A stretch of DNA of 64,000 nt, taken from contig CAVYXJ010000010.1 in the NCBI GenBank assembly GCA_963772455.1, positions 288,001 to 352,000 on the forward strand, given 5' to 3'. Position numbers and translations under genes: made by a program. Below, in pieces: positions 51,729-61,115 of this stretch (positions are counted from its first letter, which is position 1; every line of letters starts with the position of its first letter). The notes below the pieces were generated by a model. The model worked only from the letters and a program-made list of their open reading frames with translations. It did not search any database and had not been told where the DNA came from. This DNA is from Candidatus Bathyarchaeota archaeon. Lineage in GTDB: Archaea; Thermoproteota; Bathyarchaeia; Bathyarchaeales; Bathycorpusculaceae.

Positions 51729-52727
51729 GTGTCTCTGGTAGAGTCAATCGCTATAGTTGTTGGCTTGATAGTTTTTGAAGTTGTCAACAGCGTAGACAAC
51801 GCTATCGTTAATGCCAGTGTCTTAAAAACGATGAGCATGCTGTGGCGTAAAAGATTCCTCCTAATCGGCATTATAACATCAGTTTTTTTAGTGCGGTTTA
51901 TTTTGCCGCTGATAATAGTTTGGATTTCGGTACCCACAATAAGTGCATCTGACCTGTTTTTGGCATTTTTGGGGCAAAGTGACGTTGCTGCATCCGCCAT
52001 CGAACAGCAAAAACCCATAATTCTAATGTTTGGAGGAGTATTCCTGCTGTATCTTTACATTCATTGGCTGTTTCTTGAAAAGAAAGAGCCACTCTACATT
52101 GAAAGGTTCATCAAAGAAAAGCATGGTGTCTGGTTTTTCGCATTTGCCGCAATCTTACTTGTTATTATTATGTATTTAGCTCGTGCTGACCCATTGGTAA
52201 TGCTTGCAGCAGCCATAGGAAGTGCAACCTTCTTCATACTTTATGGTATAAAAGAAACTGCTGAAGCTAGCGAACGCAACATGGTGGCAGGAACAAGTAA
52301 TCTAAGTGACCTCTCAAAGTTCCTTTATCTTGAAGTTCTCGATACAACCTTTAGCTTTGACGGAGTTATTGGTGCATTTGCCTTTACCATAAATCTGTTT
52401 CTCATTTTGATAGGTATTGGAGTTGGAGCGTTGGTGGTTAGGGAATTAACAATCAAGGGAATTGATACCATAGCCAAGTACAAGTACCTAAAGAATGGAG
52501 CTCTAACCTCGATAGGTTTCCTTGGGTTATTCATGATTATTGAGGGTTTCAACGTTGATTTACCTAGCTATGTTCCGATAATCGTGACATTCCTACTGAT
52601 TGGCGTGGCTTTCTATGTGTCTCGAAGACTTCTAAAAACCGCCAAACCAAAAAAGGACTGCAGAACTCAACAACAACGATCTAAATATCAAATGCTAAAA
52701 TATGCCTACTTCTCTGGTCTGCATTAA
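51729..52727 (+). CDS. DUF475 / TerC-like membrane protein
   Basis: SVDNAIVNA, YLEVLD.TFSFDGVIGAFA, YLKNGA. Confidence 0.88.
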   Translation: MSLVESIAIVVGLIVFEVVNSVDNAIVNASVLKTMSMLWRKRFLLIGIITSVFLVRFILPLIIVWISVPTISASDLFLAFLGQSDVAASAIEQQKPIILMFGGVFLLYLYIHWLFLEKKEPLYIERFIKEKHGVWFFAFAAILLVIIMYLARADPLVMLAAAIGSATFFILYGIKETAEASERNMVAGTSNLSDLSKFLYLEVLDTTFSFDGVIGAFAFTINLFLILIGIGVGALVVRELTIKGIDTIAKYKYLKNGALTSIGFLGLFMIIEGFNVDLPSYVPIIVTFLLIGVAFYVSRRLLKTAKPKKDCRTQQQRSKYQMLKYAYFSGLH

Positions 52728-52771
52728 GGTACAAAACCTATTTATTTCTTATAGAGAACCATCTTTCCCGA

Positions 52772-52846
52772 GCTCCGGTAGTATAGTCCGGTCAAGTATG
52801 CCGGCCTCTCGAGTCGGCGACCCGGGTCCAAATCCCGGCCGGAGCA
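52772..52846 (+). tRNA. tRNA-Glu (anticodon CTC), no intron, CCA not encoded
   Basis: Acceptor GCTCCGG/CCGGAGC, anticodon arm CCGGC-CTCTCGA-GTCGG, T arm CCGGG/CCCGG. Confidence 0.95.
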
Positions 52847-52877
52847 CTACTATTTTTAATTTTTCAACAGAATTAAA

Positions 52878-53981
52878 TTATTTGTATATGAGCGTTGAAC
52901 AGAGTTCTTCAACGGTTCGGTTAAGCGTTAACTCTGCCATGTTTCGGCTGTAATCCATAATTCGCCTTGAACTGTCAAAGATTAGTCGCAATAGTGAGTT
53001 TATGTTTGGGTCGAGTTTTTTGCTTGACATTAACATGATTAATTCGTTTTCGAGGGGGATGAGTGCTTCGCGTTTGGAGATTAGTTTTTCTGCATCTTTG
53101 TAGTCTCTTTTGAATAAGGCTTTGATTGAGTCATCGTATAGTTGGTGTGCTTGAAGGCTGAAATTGACGAGTTGATTGTAAATTTCTTCGTCTATTGGGT
53201 CTTTTATGAATAGGGTTTGGTCATCGATTAATTTTTGTAGAGTGTCCAGGTTGTTTATTATGGTCATTGCGTTTTGGGCGATGCTTTCTATGTCATTTAC
53301 TGCTATGCGATAGAGGAGGAACTCTTTTGGTGTTTTAAATCCAAGTTCACGGTAGAGGTTACGTTCTATGCCATGTTTTAACTGGCGTACAATGTAGAGT
53401 CCGAGGCGGTTTACGTCGTTGTGTGCGCTTATGACGCTGTCAAATAGTGTTGTGCTTCGATCTTTTAGTGCAGCTATGGCATCTCTGTTTGCGGCAAGAG
53501 CTACGATTGCCATTCTACGGACGGCTTTTTCTAATGGAAATTCTGAGTGTTTGATTAAAATTTGTAGGGTTATTTCATCTTGGGTTTCATCAATTATTTC
53601 TGATCCTAAAAATTTATCTCGGGCTAGGTTTTTTATTTGGGTTTTGTTTTTTGTTGCGTCTTGAGTGTTTTTGAAGTGGACTCTAATTATATCGGCTCCA
53701 ATTGCATAGAGTGCGCGTATCATTCGAACCATTGCTTGTGGGGGTTCTTTGGGGTCGATGTTTATGCAGTATTCTTTAGGTTTGGAAGAATCGTCTCTGC
53801 CTTCTTTTTCCATTATTGTTCTTGGAACCAAGGTTAGTGTGGAGTCAGGTTGGGTGTTGAAGGCGATTTCGCTTCCACGTTTTAAGCCTATGTCTTCTAC
53901 CCATTCTTTTGGGAGGGAAATGATGTAGGAGCCTCTTCCAGTGCATTGCACTCTTCTGTAACCAAGATCTTTTTCTGCCAA
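52878..53981 (-). CDS. AbrB-PhoU family regulator
   Basis: RRVQ.TG.GSYIISLPKEW AbrB domain followed by PhoU helical repeats. Confidence 0.9.
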   Translation of the reverse strand: MAEKDLGYRRVQCTGRGSYIISLPKEWVEDIGLKRGSEIAFNTQPDSTLTLVPRTIMEKEGRDDSSKPKEYCINIDPKEPPQAMVRMIRALYAIGADIIRVHFKNTQDATKNKTQIKNLARDKFLGSEIIDETQDEITLQILIKHSEFPLEKAVRRMAIVALAANRDAIAALKDRSTTLFDSVISAHNDVNRLGLYIVRQLKHGIERNLYRELGFKTPKEFLLYRIAVNDIESIAQNAMTIINNLDTLQKLIDDQTLFIKDPIDEEIYNQLVNFSLQAHQLYDDSIKALFKRDYKDAEKLISKREALIPLENELIMLMSSKKLDPNINSLLRLIFDSSRRIMDYSRNMAELTLNRTVEELCSTLIYK

Positions 53982-54253
53982 AGTATTCGCCTGGTAAACG
54001 TTTCGTATAGATTACGTATATCGTTAAGGTACATATAAATGATTATCGACAAAGTTATATAGAATACATGCTATTTTGTGGGCTATCCTGAAAAAAGAGG
54101 GCAATGAAATGCCGTTAAACACTTGTAAAATAGTGGTAAAAAATGATAATCAAATAATAACAAGCAAGGGCGTATTATGCACAAACGATACTGAACTCCA
54201 TGTGTTTATGCTCACTTGTCCACGCGAAAAAATAATTAAGGAAGAGTTTTAGC

Positions 54254-54697
54254 ATGAAAAAAATAATTGCAAAACAAGAAGCCTGCATGGGGTGCGGAAT
54301 ATGTGAAGTCCACTGTACCGTAGCACATTCAAAATCAAAAGATATTATCAAAGCCTACAACAGCGAAAAGCCTAAACCCCTAAGTCGAATCAGACGAGAA
54401 GTAAACAAGCCAGTTTCATTTGCCATCCAATGTCGACACTGCGAAGATGCTCCATGTGTAAGCGCATGTCTATCCGGTGCTATGCAGAAAGACCAAAAAA
54501 CAGGTGAAGTAACTCACAACAAAGAAAAATGCATAGGTTGCTGGACTTGCGTCATGGTTTGTCCATATGGTGCTTTAATTATGGATAAGGAAGGTCACGT
54601 TGTTGCCAAATGTGATTTATGCCAAGGTTTAAGCGAACCTGCATGCGTAGCAAACTGCCCTAACCAAGCGTTGGTATTCAAAGAGGTGAAACTATAA
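54254..54697 (+). CDS. 4Fe-4S dicluster protein (CooF/HydN-like)
   Basis: CMGCGIC, CRHCEDAPC, CIGCWTC..CPYG, KCDLC. Confidence 0.92.
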   Translation: MKKIIAKQEACMGCGICEVHCTVAHSKSKDIIKAYNSEKPKPLSRIRREVNKPVSFAIQCRHCEDAPCVSACLSGAMQKDQKTGEVTHNKEKCIGCWTCVMVCPYGALIMDKEGHVVAKCDLCQGLSEPACVANCPNQALVFKEVKL

Positions 54698-55977
54698 TGG
54701 TGAAGTACGTCATTATTGGTGCTTCTGCAGCTGGTATCGCCGCAGTCGGAGCTATAAGAAAAATTGATCCTGTTGGAGCGATCATGGTTTTTACTGAAGA
54801 AGAGTGCTCGGATTACTCTAGACCAATGATAAGCGAGTTAGTTAGCGGTAAAGCAGATCTCTCAAAGATGAAGTGCAAAGCCGAAGACTTCTGGACGGAA
54901 AATAAAGCAGAAGTACGTCTGGGTGTAAAGGTTACAAGTCTAAACTTGGCAGAGAAAACCGTAAACTTGGAAGGTGGAGAAAAAGTAGTTTATGAAAAGT
55001 TGTTGCTTGCCACAGGAGGTAAACCATTTGTTCCTAAAATGGAAGGGCAAGAAAGAGATGGTGTTTTCACATTCACGAGTATGGCAGAAGCTCAGCGGTT
55101 ATCTGCAAAAATTGATAGTTTGCAAGCGAAGAGCGCCGTGGTTATTGGTGCAGGTTTAATCGGAATAAGCGTTACTGAAGCCCTTATGAAACGTGGATTA
55201 AAAGTTACCATTGTTGAACTTCAAGAGAAGATCCTAAGTTTGCTTCTAGATTCGAAAGCATCAGACATTGTTGAGGCAGTTATTAGAAAAGCAGGAGTTA
55301 ACTTTGCTACTGGGCAATCTGTGCAAAAAATTATTGGTAAACCAGAAAATGCTGGAGTAGTTGGCGGAGTAATCTTAACTAAAGGCGACGAGGTGCCCTG
55401 TGATCTTGTCATTGTAGCTATAGGTGTGATTCCACGAACTGAACTTGTAGTTGGAACAGATGTGAAAATAAACAGAGGAATAGTTGTGGATAATTTCATG
55501 CAAACCAATGTTCCTGACGTTTATGCCAGCGGCGATGTAGCTGAAACTTACGATTTTATTTTAAACCAAAGTCGTTCATTGCCTTTGTGGCCGCTAGCGG
55601 TTTTGGAAGGCAGAGTTGCAGGTGCAAATATGGCAGGATCAAAAATCAGTTATGAAGGAGGCACCAACATGAGCAGCTTCAAGTACTTTGGAATACCCAT
55701 AGTTTCGATCGGTTTAGCTAACCCAAAAGAAGATCCAACGCTGGAAATCATCGTTAAGCAAGACTTAGAACATAATGTGTACAAAAAATTGGTTCTAAGA
55801 AACAATATACTCGTTGGCATGACCTTGGTTAATTGTATCGATCGCGCTGGAATATTGTTCATCTTGATTAAGGATAAAGTTAACGTGAAGAAATTTAAGC
55901 AAGATCTGCTTCGAGACGATTTCGGTTGGGCCGTTTTGCCTGTTAAGATGCAAAGAGAAATGGGAGTTGTCCAATAA
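54697..55977 (+). CDS. FAD/NAD(P)-dependent oxidoreductase
   Basis: GASAAG, LATGG, GAGLIG, TNVPDVYASGD. Confidence 0.92.
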   Translation: MVKYVIIGASAAGIAAVGAIRKIDPVGAIMVFTEEECSDYSRPMISELVSGKADLSKMKCKAEDFWTENKAEVRLGVKVTSLNLAEKTVNLEGGEKVVYEKLLLATGGKPFVPKMEGQERDGVFTFTSMAEAQRLSAKIDSLQAKSAVVIGAGLIGISVTEALMKRGLKVTIVELQEKILSLLLDSKASDIVEAVIRKAGVNFATGQSVQKIIGKPENAGVVGGVILTKGDEVPCDLVIVAIGVIPRTELVVGTDVKINRGIVVDNFMQTNVPDVYASGDVAETYDFILNQSRSLPLWPLAVLEGRVAGANMAGSKISYEGGTNMSSFKYFGIPIVSIGLANPKEDPTLEIIVKQDLEHNVYKKLVLRNNILVGMTLVNCIDRAGILFILIKDKVNVKKFKQDLLRDDFGWAVLPVKMQREMGVVQ

Positions 55978-57092
55978 TGAACCAAAATGATAGAAATATA
56001 ATCAGTCCTTTCGGGGACGATAAGGATTTCTCAGGCTGCGCCCTCTTCGGCATGATGAATACTCAGGGTACACGATTTGGCTCTAAAGACCCTGTTCGAG
56101 CAATCACCAATATGCATGACCGCGGCAACGGAATGGGTGGTGGTTTCGCAGTCTACGGAATATATCCAGATTTCAAAGAACAATATGCATTCCACATAAT
56201 GTACCTGGGCAAGGATGCAAAAGAAAAAACTGATAAAATTCTAGCTTCAAAGTTTGATATTATATACGATGAAGAAATGCAAACCAGACCAGCTAATGTT
56301 CGGGATCCACCGCAGGTATGGCGTTACTTTGTTCAGCCCAAAAAATTGCGTCCAGAAAATCAAACCGAAGAAGATTACGTTATTGACGCAATTATGCATA
56401 TTAACAGTGAAACCGGAAAAGCATTTGTTTTTTCCAGCGGTAAAAACATGGGGGTTTTTAAAGGCGTTGGTTTCCCAGAAGATGTTGCAGAGTTCTTCTG
56501 TTTAGATGAATATGAAGGATACCTTTGGTCTTGCCACAGCCGATTCCCTACAAACACTCCTGGTTGGTGGGGAGGAGCACATCCCTTTAGCATCCTGGAT
56601 TGGACAGTGGTACACAACGGTGAACTCTCATCATACGGCATAAACCGTCGTTACTTGGAAATGTACGGTTACAAATGTACCATGCAAACAGACACCGAAG
56701 TTTTAGCATACGCTGTGGATTTGCTTATGCGAAGACAAAACTTGCCAATAGAAATGGTTGCACAAGTGTTGGCTGCGCCTTTATGGAGTGAAATTGATAC
56801 GATGGAACCCAAACAAGCCCAGATTCTTAGAACGCTGCGTCAAACCTATGGAAGCCTACTAATGAATGGGCCATTCAGCATAATTATTGCTCATCATAGC
56901 GAAATGATAGGCTTAACTGATAGAATCAAACTGCGACCCATGGTTGCAGGTACAAACGGAGACTACACATACCTCTCATCTGAGGAATCCGCCATGCGAT
57001 TAGTCTCGCCGAACCTAGATAAGTTCTGGTGTCCAAGAGGCGGCGAACCTGTTGTTTGCAAATTAAAAGACACCCTTGGGGGCTTAAAATAA
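55977..57092 (+). CDS. gltB1: Glutamate synthase class II amidotransferase subunit
   Basis: CALFG, HDRGNG.GGG, HSRFPTNT, HPF, HNGE, TDTE. Confidence 0.9.
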   Translation: MNQNDRNIISPFGDDKDFSGCALFGMMNTQGTRFGSKDPVRAITNMHDRGNGMGGGFAVYGIYPDFKEQYAFHIMYLGKDAKEKTDKILASKFDIIYDEEMQTRPANVRDPPQVWRYFVQPKKLRPENQTEEDYVIDAIMHINSETGKAFVFSSGKNMGVFKGVGFPEDVAEFFCLDEYEGYLWSCHSRFPTNTPGWWGGAHPFSILDWTVVHNGELSSYGINRRYLEMYGYKCTMQTDTEVLAYAVDLLMRRQNLPIEMVAQVLAAPLWSEIDTMEPKQAQILRTLRQTYGSLLMNGPFSIIIAHHSEMIGLTDRIKLRPMVAGTNGDYTYLSSEESAMRLVSPNLDKFWCPRGGEPVVCKLKDTLGGLK

Positions 57093-58603
57093 TGAAAACA
57101 TTCATCCAACCCGAATACCTAATTGATCGAGACGAAAAACGTTGCATTCGCTGCAAAGTATGCATTAACCAATGCACCTATGACACCCACCTATACGATG
57201 AAGAAACAGACACTGTATGCAGTAAAGAAGAGAACTGTATTAACTGCCAACGATGCGTAACTTTTTGCCCAACTCACGCAATCACAATTAGAAAGAACCC
57301 TAACGTAAGTCGAGACAACGCCAACTGGACTATGGAAAAAATTCGAGATGTGAAAAAACAGGCAGAAACTGGGGGCGTAATCTTAACTGGAATGGGCTGC
57401 GATAAACCAGAATTCACTTACTGGGATCGACTGCTTCTAAACGCTAGTCAAGTCACTAACCCTTCAATAGATCCATTGCGGGAGCCTATGGAAATCCGAA
57501 CTTACCTTGGTACTAAACCCGATTGCTTAGATTTCAAGGTTGAAAAAGGCGACACTGTATTGAAGACACAGTTGACTCCGCAGCTTTGCTTGGACACGCC
57601 AATAATGTTCTCTGCTATGTCTTATGGTGCTATCAGTTTAAACGTGCATGAATCTTTGGCTCGAGCTGCAACTGAATGCGGTACATATTGGAATACGGGT
57701 GAAGGTGGCTTAGATAAGAGTCTCTACAAATATGGTGATCATACCATTGTTCAAGTTGCTTCGGGCAGATTCGGAGTTCATTCAGATTACCTCAACGCAG
57801 GTGCAGCAGTAGAAATCAAAATTGGTCAAGGAGCAAAACCGGGAATCGGCGGTCACCTTCCTGGAGAAAAAGTCACTGAGCACGTCGCCAAAACCCGAAT
57901 GATCCCCCAAGGAACAGATGCACTCTCACCTGCACCCCAACATGACATTTACTCTATTGAAGACTTACGTCAATTAATCTATGCATTAAAAGAAGCAACC
58001 AACTATACCAAACCAATATCCGTTAAAATCGCTGCAGTTCACAACGTAGCCGCAATTGCCAGTGGCATGGTGCGGGCAGGAGCAGACATTGTTGCTTTAG
58101 ATGGAGTTAGAGGAGCTACTGGTGCGGCACCTAAAGTTATTCGAGACAACGTGGGTATACCCATCGAATTAGCCATTGCCCAAGTAGACCAACGTTTGCG
58201 TGAAGAAGGCATACGAAACAATGCATCATTGGTTGCTGCGGGAGGAATTCGAAGCAGTGGCGATGTTATAAAAGCCATTGCACTTGGAGCTGACGCAGTT
58301 TACATTGCAACCGCAGCCTTGATTTCTATCGGATGCACAGTTTGTCAACGTTGTTATACTGGAAAGTGCCCTTGGGGAATTGCAACCAGTGATCAATGGA
58401 TTAGTAAACGAATAAACCCAGATATTGCATCTAAGAGACTTGTGAATTTGCTCAATAGTTGGAGTTTAGAGATTAAGGACATGATGGGTGGTATGGGCAT
58501 AAATGCTATTGAAAGCTTACGTGGTAACCGTTTGGCGCTCAGAGGTGTTGGTCTAAGCGAGACCGAGCTAAATATATTGGGCGTAAAGATGGCAGGAGCG
58601 TAA
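57092..58603 (+). CDS. gltB2: Glutamate synthase FMN-binding subunit with N-terminal ferredoxin
   Basis: AMSYGA, NTGEGG, QVASGRFG, GQGAKPGIGGHLP, CxxCxxCxTGxCP. Confidence 0.95.
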   Translation: MKTFIQPEYLIDRDEKRCIRCKVCINQCTYDTHLYDEETDTVCSKEENCINCQRCVTFCPTHAITIRKNPNVSRDNANWTMEKIRDVKKQAETGGVILTGMGCDKPEFTYWDRLLLNASQVTNPSIDPLREPMEIRTYLGTKPDCLDFKVEKGDTVLKTQLTPQLCLDTPIMFSAMSYGAISLNVHESLARAATECGTYWNTGEGGLDKSLYKYGDHTIVQVASGRFGVHSDYLNAGAAVEIKIGQGAKPGIGGHLPGEKVTEHVAKTRMIPQGTDALSPAPQHDIYSIEDLRQLIYALKEATNYTKPISVKIAAVHNVAAIASGMVRAGADIVALDGVRGATGAAPKVIRDNVGIPIELAIAQVDQRLREEGIRNNASLVAAGGIRSSGDVIKAIALGADAVYIATAALISIGCTVCQRCYTGKCPWGIATSDQWISKRINPDIASKRLVNLLNSWSLEIKDMMGGMGINAIESLRGNRLALRGVGLSETELNILGVKMAGA

Positions 58604-58607
58604 AGAT

Positions 58608-59411
58608 ATGTTACAACAAAGAACTAAACCCTTGGAAATCGACGCAAAATACCAAAACCTAATCAAAACTGAAGATAAAGTGGTCAAAATAAACGCTGAA
58701 GGCCTCTATTACAAAGAATTAAACTGCTTACTAAGACAGGTAATCACAACAGACGTTGCGCGAATTGAACTGCACAATATTTGTGGACAACGATACTTAG
58801 GTACAGATCTCGACACCAAAATACCAATTGACATTTTTGGAACACCTGGAAATGACTTGGGTGCTTTCATGTGTGGACCCAAAATAGTTATCCACGGCAA
58901 CGCACAAGACGCTAGCGGCAACACAATGAACGAAGGCCAAATAATTGTTCATGGGCACGCAGGCGACTTAACAGGGCATTCGATGCGAGGCGGTAAGATT
59001 TTCATTAAAGACTTTGTCGGCTACCGCGTAGGCATCCACATGAAAGAGTACCAACGAAAAATCCCTCAAATTGTTATCGGCGAAACCGCGGGCGACTTTC
59101 TCGCTGAATACATGGCAGGTGGAGTTATCCTCATTTTGGGGTTAAACCTTAAAGAAGGTGAAAAGAGCGTTGCAAAATTCGTTGGTACAGGAATGCATGG
59201 CGGAGTCATCTATGAACGCGGTGATATCCTTGTACCTGAACCTGGAACTAAAACTATGTCTGTGGGTAAACGCGATTTGCAAGTTATCACGAGTTTAGTT
59301 AACGAATACTGTAGTCACTTTGGCTCCGACCCTAAAACAATTCTATCTGGCAAATTCAAAAAAATATTGCCTCTCTCAAAGCGACCTTACGAAAAACTAT
59401 ACTCCCACTAA
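58608..59411 (+). CDS. gltB3: Glutamate synthase GXGXG (beta-helix) subunit
   Basis: GTPGNDLG, GNAQD, EYMAGG, GMHGG repeats. Confidence 0.92.
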   Translation: MLQQRTKPLEIDAKYQNLIKTEDKVVKINAEGLYYKELNCLLRQVITTDVARIELHNICGQRYLGTDLDTKIPIDIFGTPGNDLGAFMCGPKIVIHGNAQDASGNTMNEGQIIVHGHAGDLTGHSMRGGKIFIKDFVGYRVGIHMKEYQRKIPQIVIGETAGDFLAEYMAGGVILILGLNLKEGEKSVAKFVGTGMHGGVIYERGDILVPEPGTKTMSVGKRDLQVITSLVNEYCSHFGSDPKTILSGKFKKILPLSKRPYEKLYSH

Positions 59412-59523
59412 AACCACTTTATTTTTTGTCAAAATTATTATTTTTGTGAAAAATCAGGTGAATTTTCTTCTTCAATTCTTGGCAATAAATTATAATTAAG
59501 GATGAATAAAGTGAAGAAAAAAT

Positions 59524-59736
59524 TTAGCCCTGCGCTCTTCTGATTTCTTTTTGCTGAGCCATAAGTAGCACTGCCAAAACCGCCAAAAATATTGTTGCGA
59601 ATACAATCACACCGATGAATATTTTGTACGAGAAGTCTATGTTAACGTAGAAAAGCACCAAAATGAACACTAGCACCAAAGCTAAAACTAGTGCTTCCAT
59701 ATATCCATTGAAGACTTTCATTCTTCCAAAACTCAT
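59524..59736 (-). CDS. Small 2-TM membrane protein
   Basis: Two hydrophobic helices; GGTGA upstream on the minus strand. Confidence 0.65.
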   Translation of the reverse strand: MSFGRMKVFNGYMEALVLALVLVFILVLFYVNIDFSYKIFIGVIVFATIFLAVLAVLLMAQQKEIRRAQG

Positions 59737-59932
59737 TTGATTTTCACCGGTTTCAATGTTCTTGAGCTAGCGTATCATATTAATTTTCTGTCTCCATACT
59801 TCTTATTTTTCGGTTATGCTTGAAGTCCTAAGCTTTGCTCTAAAAACTTATATTGAATATTATGTGATGTACAAGATCATAACTTAAAGAGGACATAACT
59901 AATTGCTGATTCTAACAGGTAAATTGCGACGA

Positions 59933-61063
59933 ATGCTTGTTTCTGAAATTGGCAAGGTCTTCCTCATTGGTTTATCCTCAAGACTTCTTATTTTTGGAGT
60001 AACTCTTTTAACATCTGTTTTTTTTAGTTCAACAAGAATTGTATCGTCAATTCCTTTTGTGAATTTTTTTAGTCAGTGGGATGGGGCTTGGTATAATCAA
60101 ATTGCGCTTTTCGGGTACCCTGGTGGAAGTGATCCTCTTAGTGGAAATTGGGCTTTCTTTCCTCTTTATCCTTTTTTGATGCGTGTTTTTGGGACTCCGT
60201 TTTTTGGATTAATATCGTCTGCTGACGCGGTTTTATTCTCTGGCTTTTTGATAAGTAATATACTTTTTTTTGTAAGTCTGTTTCTTTTTTATCATTTAAC
60301 TAAGGTCATTTTTGGGAAAAATAGTTTAGCTTTGATTTCAACAGTTTTCTTTGCGTTTTGGCCAGGAGCCCTATTTTACTCAGCAGTGTATTCTGAGAGT
60401 TTATTTATGACGTTTGCTTTGGGTGCTTTCTACCTTTTGGAAAAAGGAAAATCAGGCAAATCAGCGGTTCTTGGTTTTTTTGCCGCTTTGACGCGTAGTA
60501 GTGGCTTTTTAGTGTTCATACCTTTTGTTTATAATGGACTGCAAACTCGTAAGTACCGCACAGCAATTTTACAAACTTTTGCAATATTCTTACCCTATTT
60601 GCTGTTCAATGTTTATGGGTACTTTTCAACTGGTTTATTTCCAGTAAGAGAAATAGTTTACAATCATATTTGGGGAGCATCAAGACTCACATTTACCCAA
60701 GTAACTGGTTATCAAATAGGCTATACAGGATTGTTTTCGATTGAAGCATTTTTAATTCTTTTGCCGTTTGCTTGGTTTCTTCTTACCGAAAAAATTCCCA
60801 TTAGTGATTTTGTTAAAGGTTTAGTTGCTCAAAGAAAAGATTTGAAATATTGGATTTTTTCAATTTACACTCTTTTGATGTTGCTTTTCTATTCAGACCC
60901 TCAGAATCTGCATAGATATGCTCTGCCGATTTTGCCTTTGTATTGGGTTTCAGCTTTGGTATGGGGGAAGAATAAAAAAATAGGTAAATTAATGCTCATT
61001 ATATCTTCGATAATTTTAGTTTTAGGTACAATATTGTTTACTACAGGTAACAACTACTTGTAG
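59933..61063 (+). CDS. GT-C fold glycosyltransferase, PIG-V/mannosyltransferase-like
   Basis: WDGAWY..IA..GY, AFFPLYP, YSESLF, RSSG, RY motifs; multi-TM; alternative TTG start at 59903. Confidence 0.82.
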   Translation: MLVSEIGKVFLIGLSSRLLIFGVTLLTSVFFSSTRIVSSIPFVNFFSQWDGAWYNQIALFGYPGGSDPLSGNWAFFPLYPFLMRVFGTPFFGLISSADAVLFSGFLISNILFFVSLFLFYHLTKVIFGKNSLALISTVFFAFWPGALFYSAVYSESLFMTFALGAFYLLEKGKSGKSAVLGFFAALTRSSGFLVFIPFVYNGLQTRKYRTAILQTFAIFLPYLLFNVYGYFSTGLFPVREIVYNHIWGASRLTFTQVTGYQIGYTGLFSIEAFLILLPFAWFLLTEKIPISDFVKGLVAQRKDLKYWIFSIYTLLMLLFYSDPQNLHRYALPILPLYWVSALVWGKNKKIGKLMLIISSIILVLGTILFTTGNNYL

Positions 61064-61115
61064 GTTTTAAGAATCTATTTTTTTATATTAGGTGGGATTC
61101 GAATCATTACCCTGA

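Noticed and set aside
61091-61105. GGGATTCGAATC, tRNA T-arm-like fragment or att site
   Set aside because: Too short, does not match the tRNA-Glu 3' end, and no integrase present
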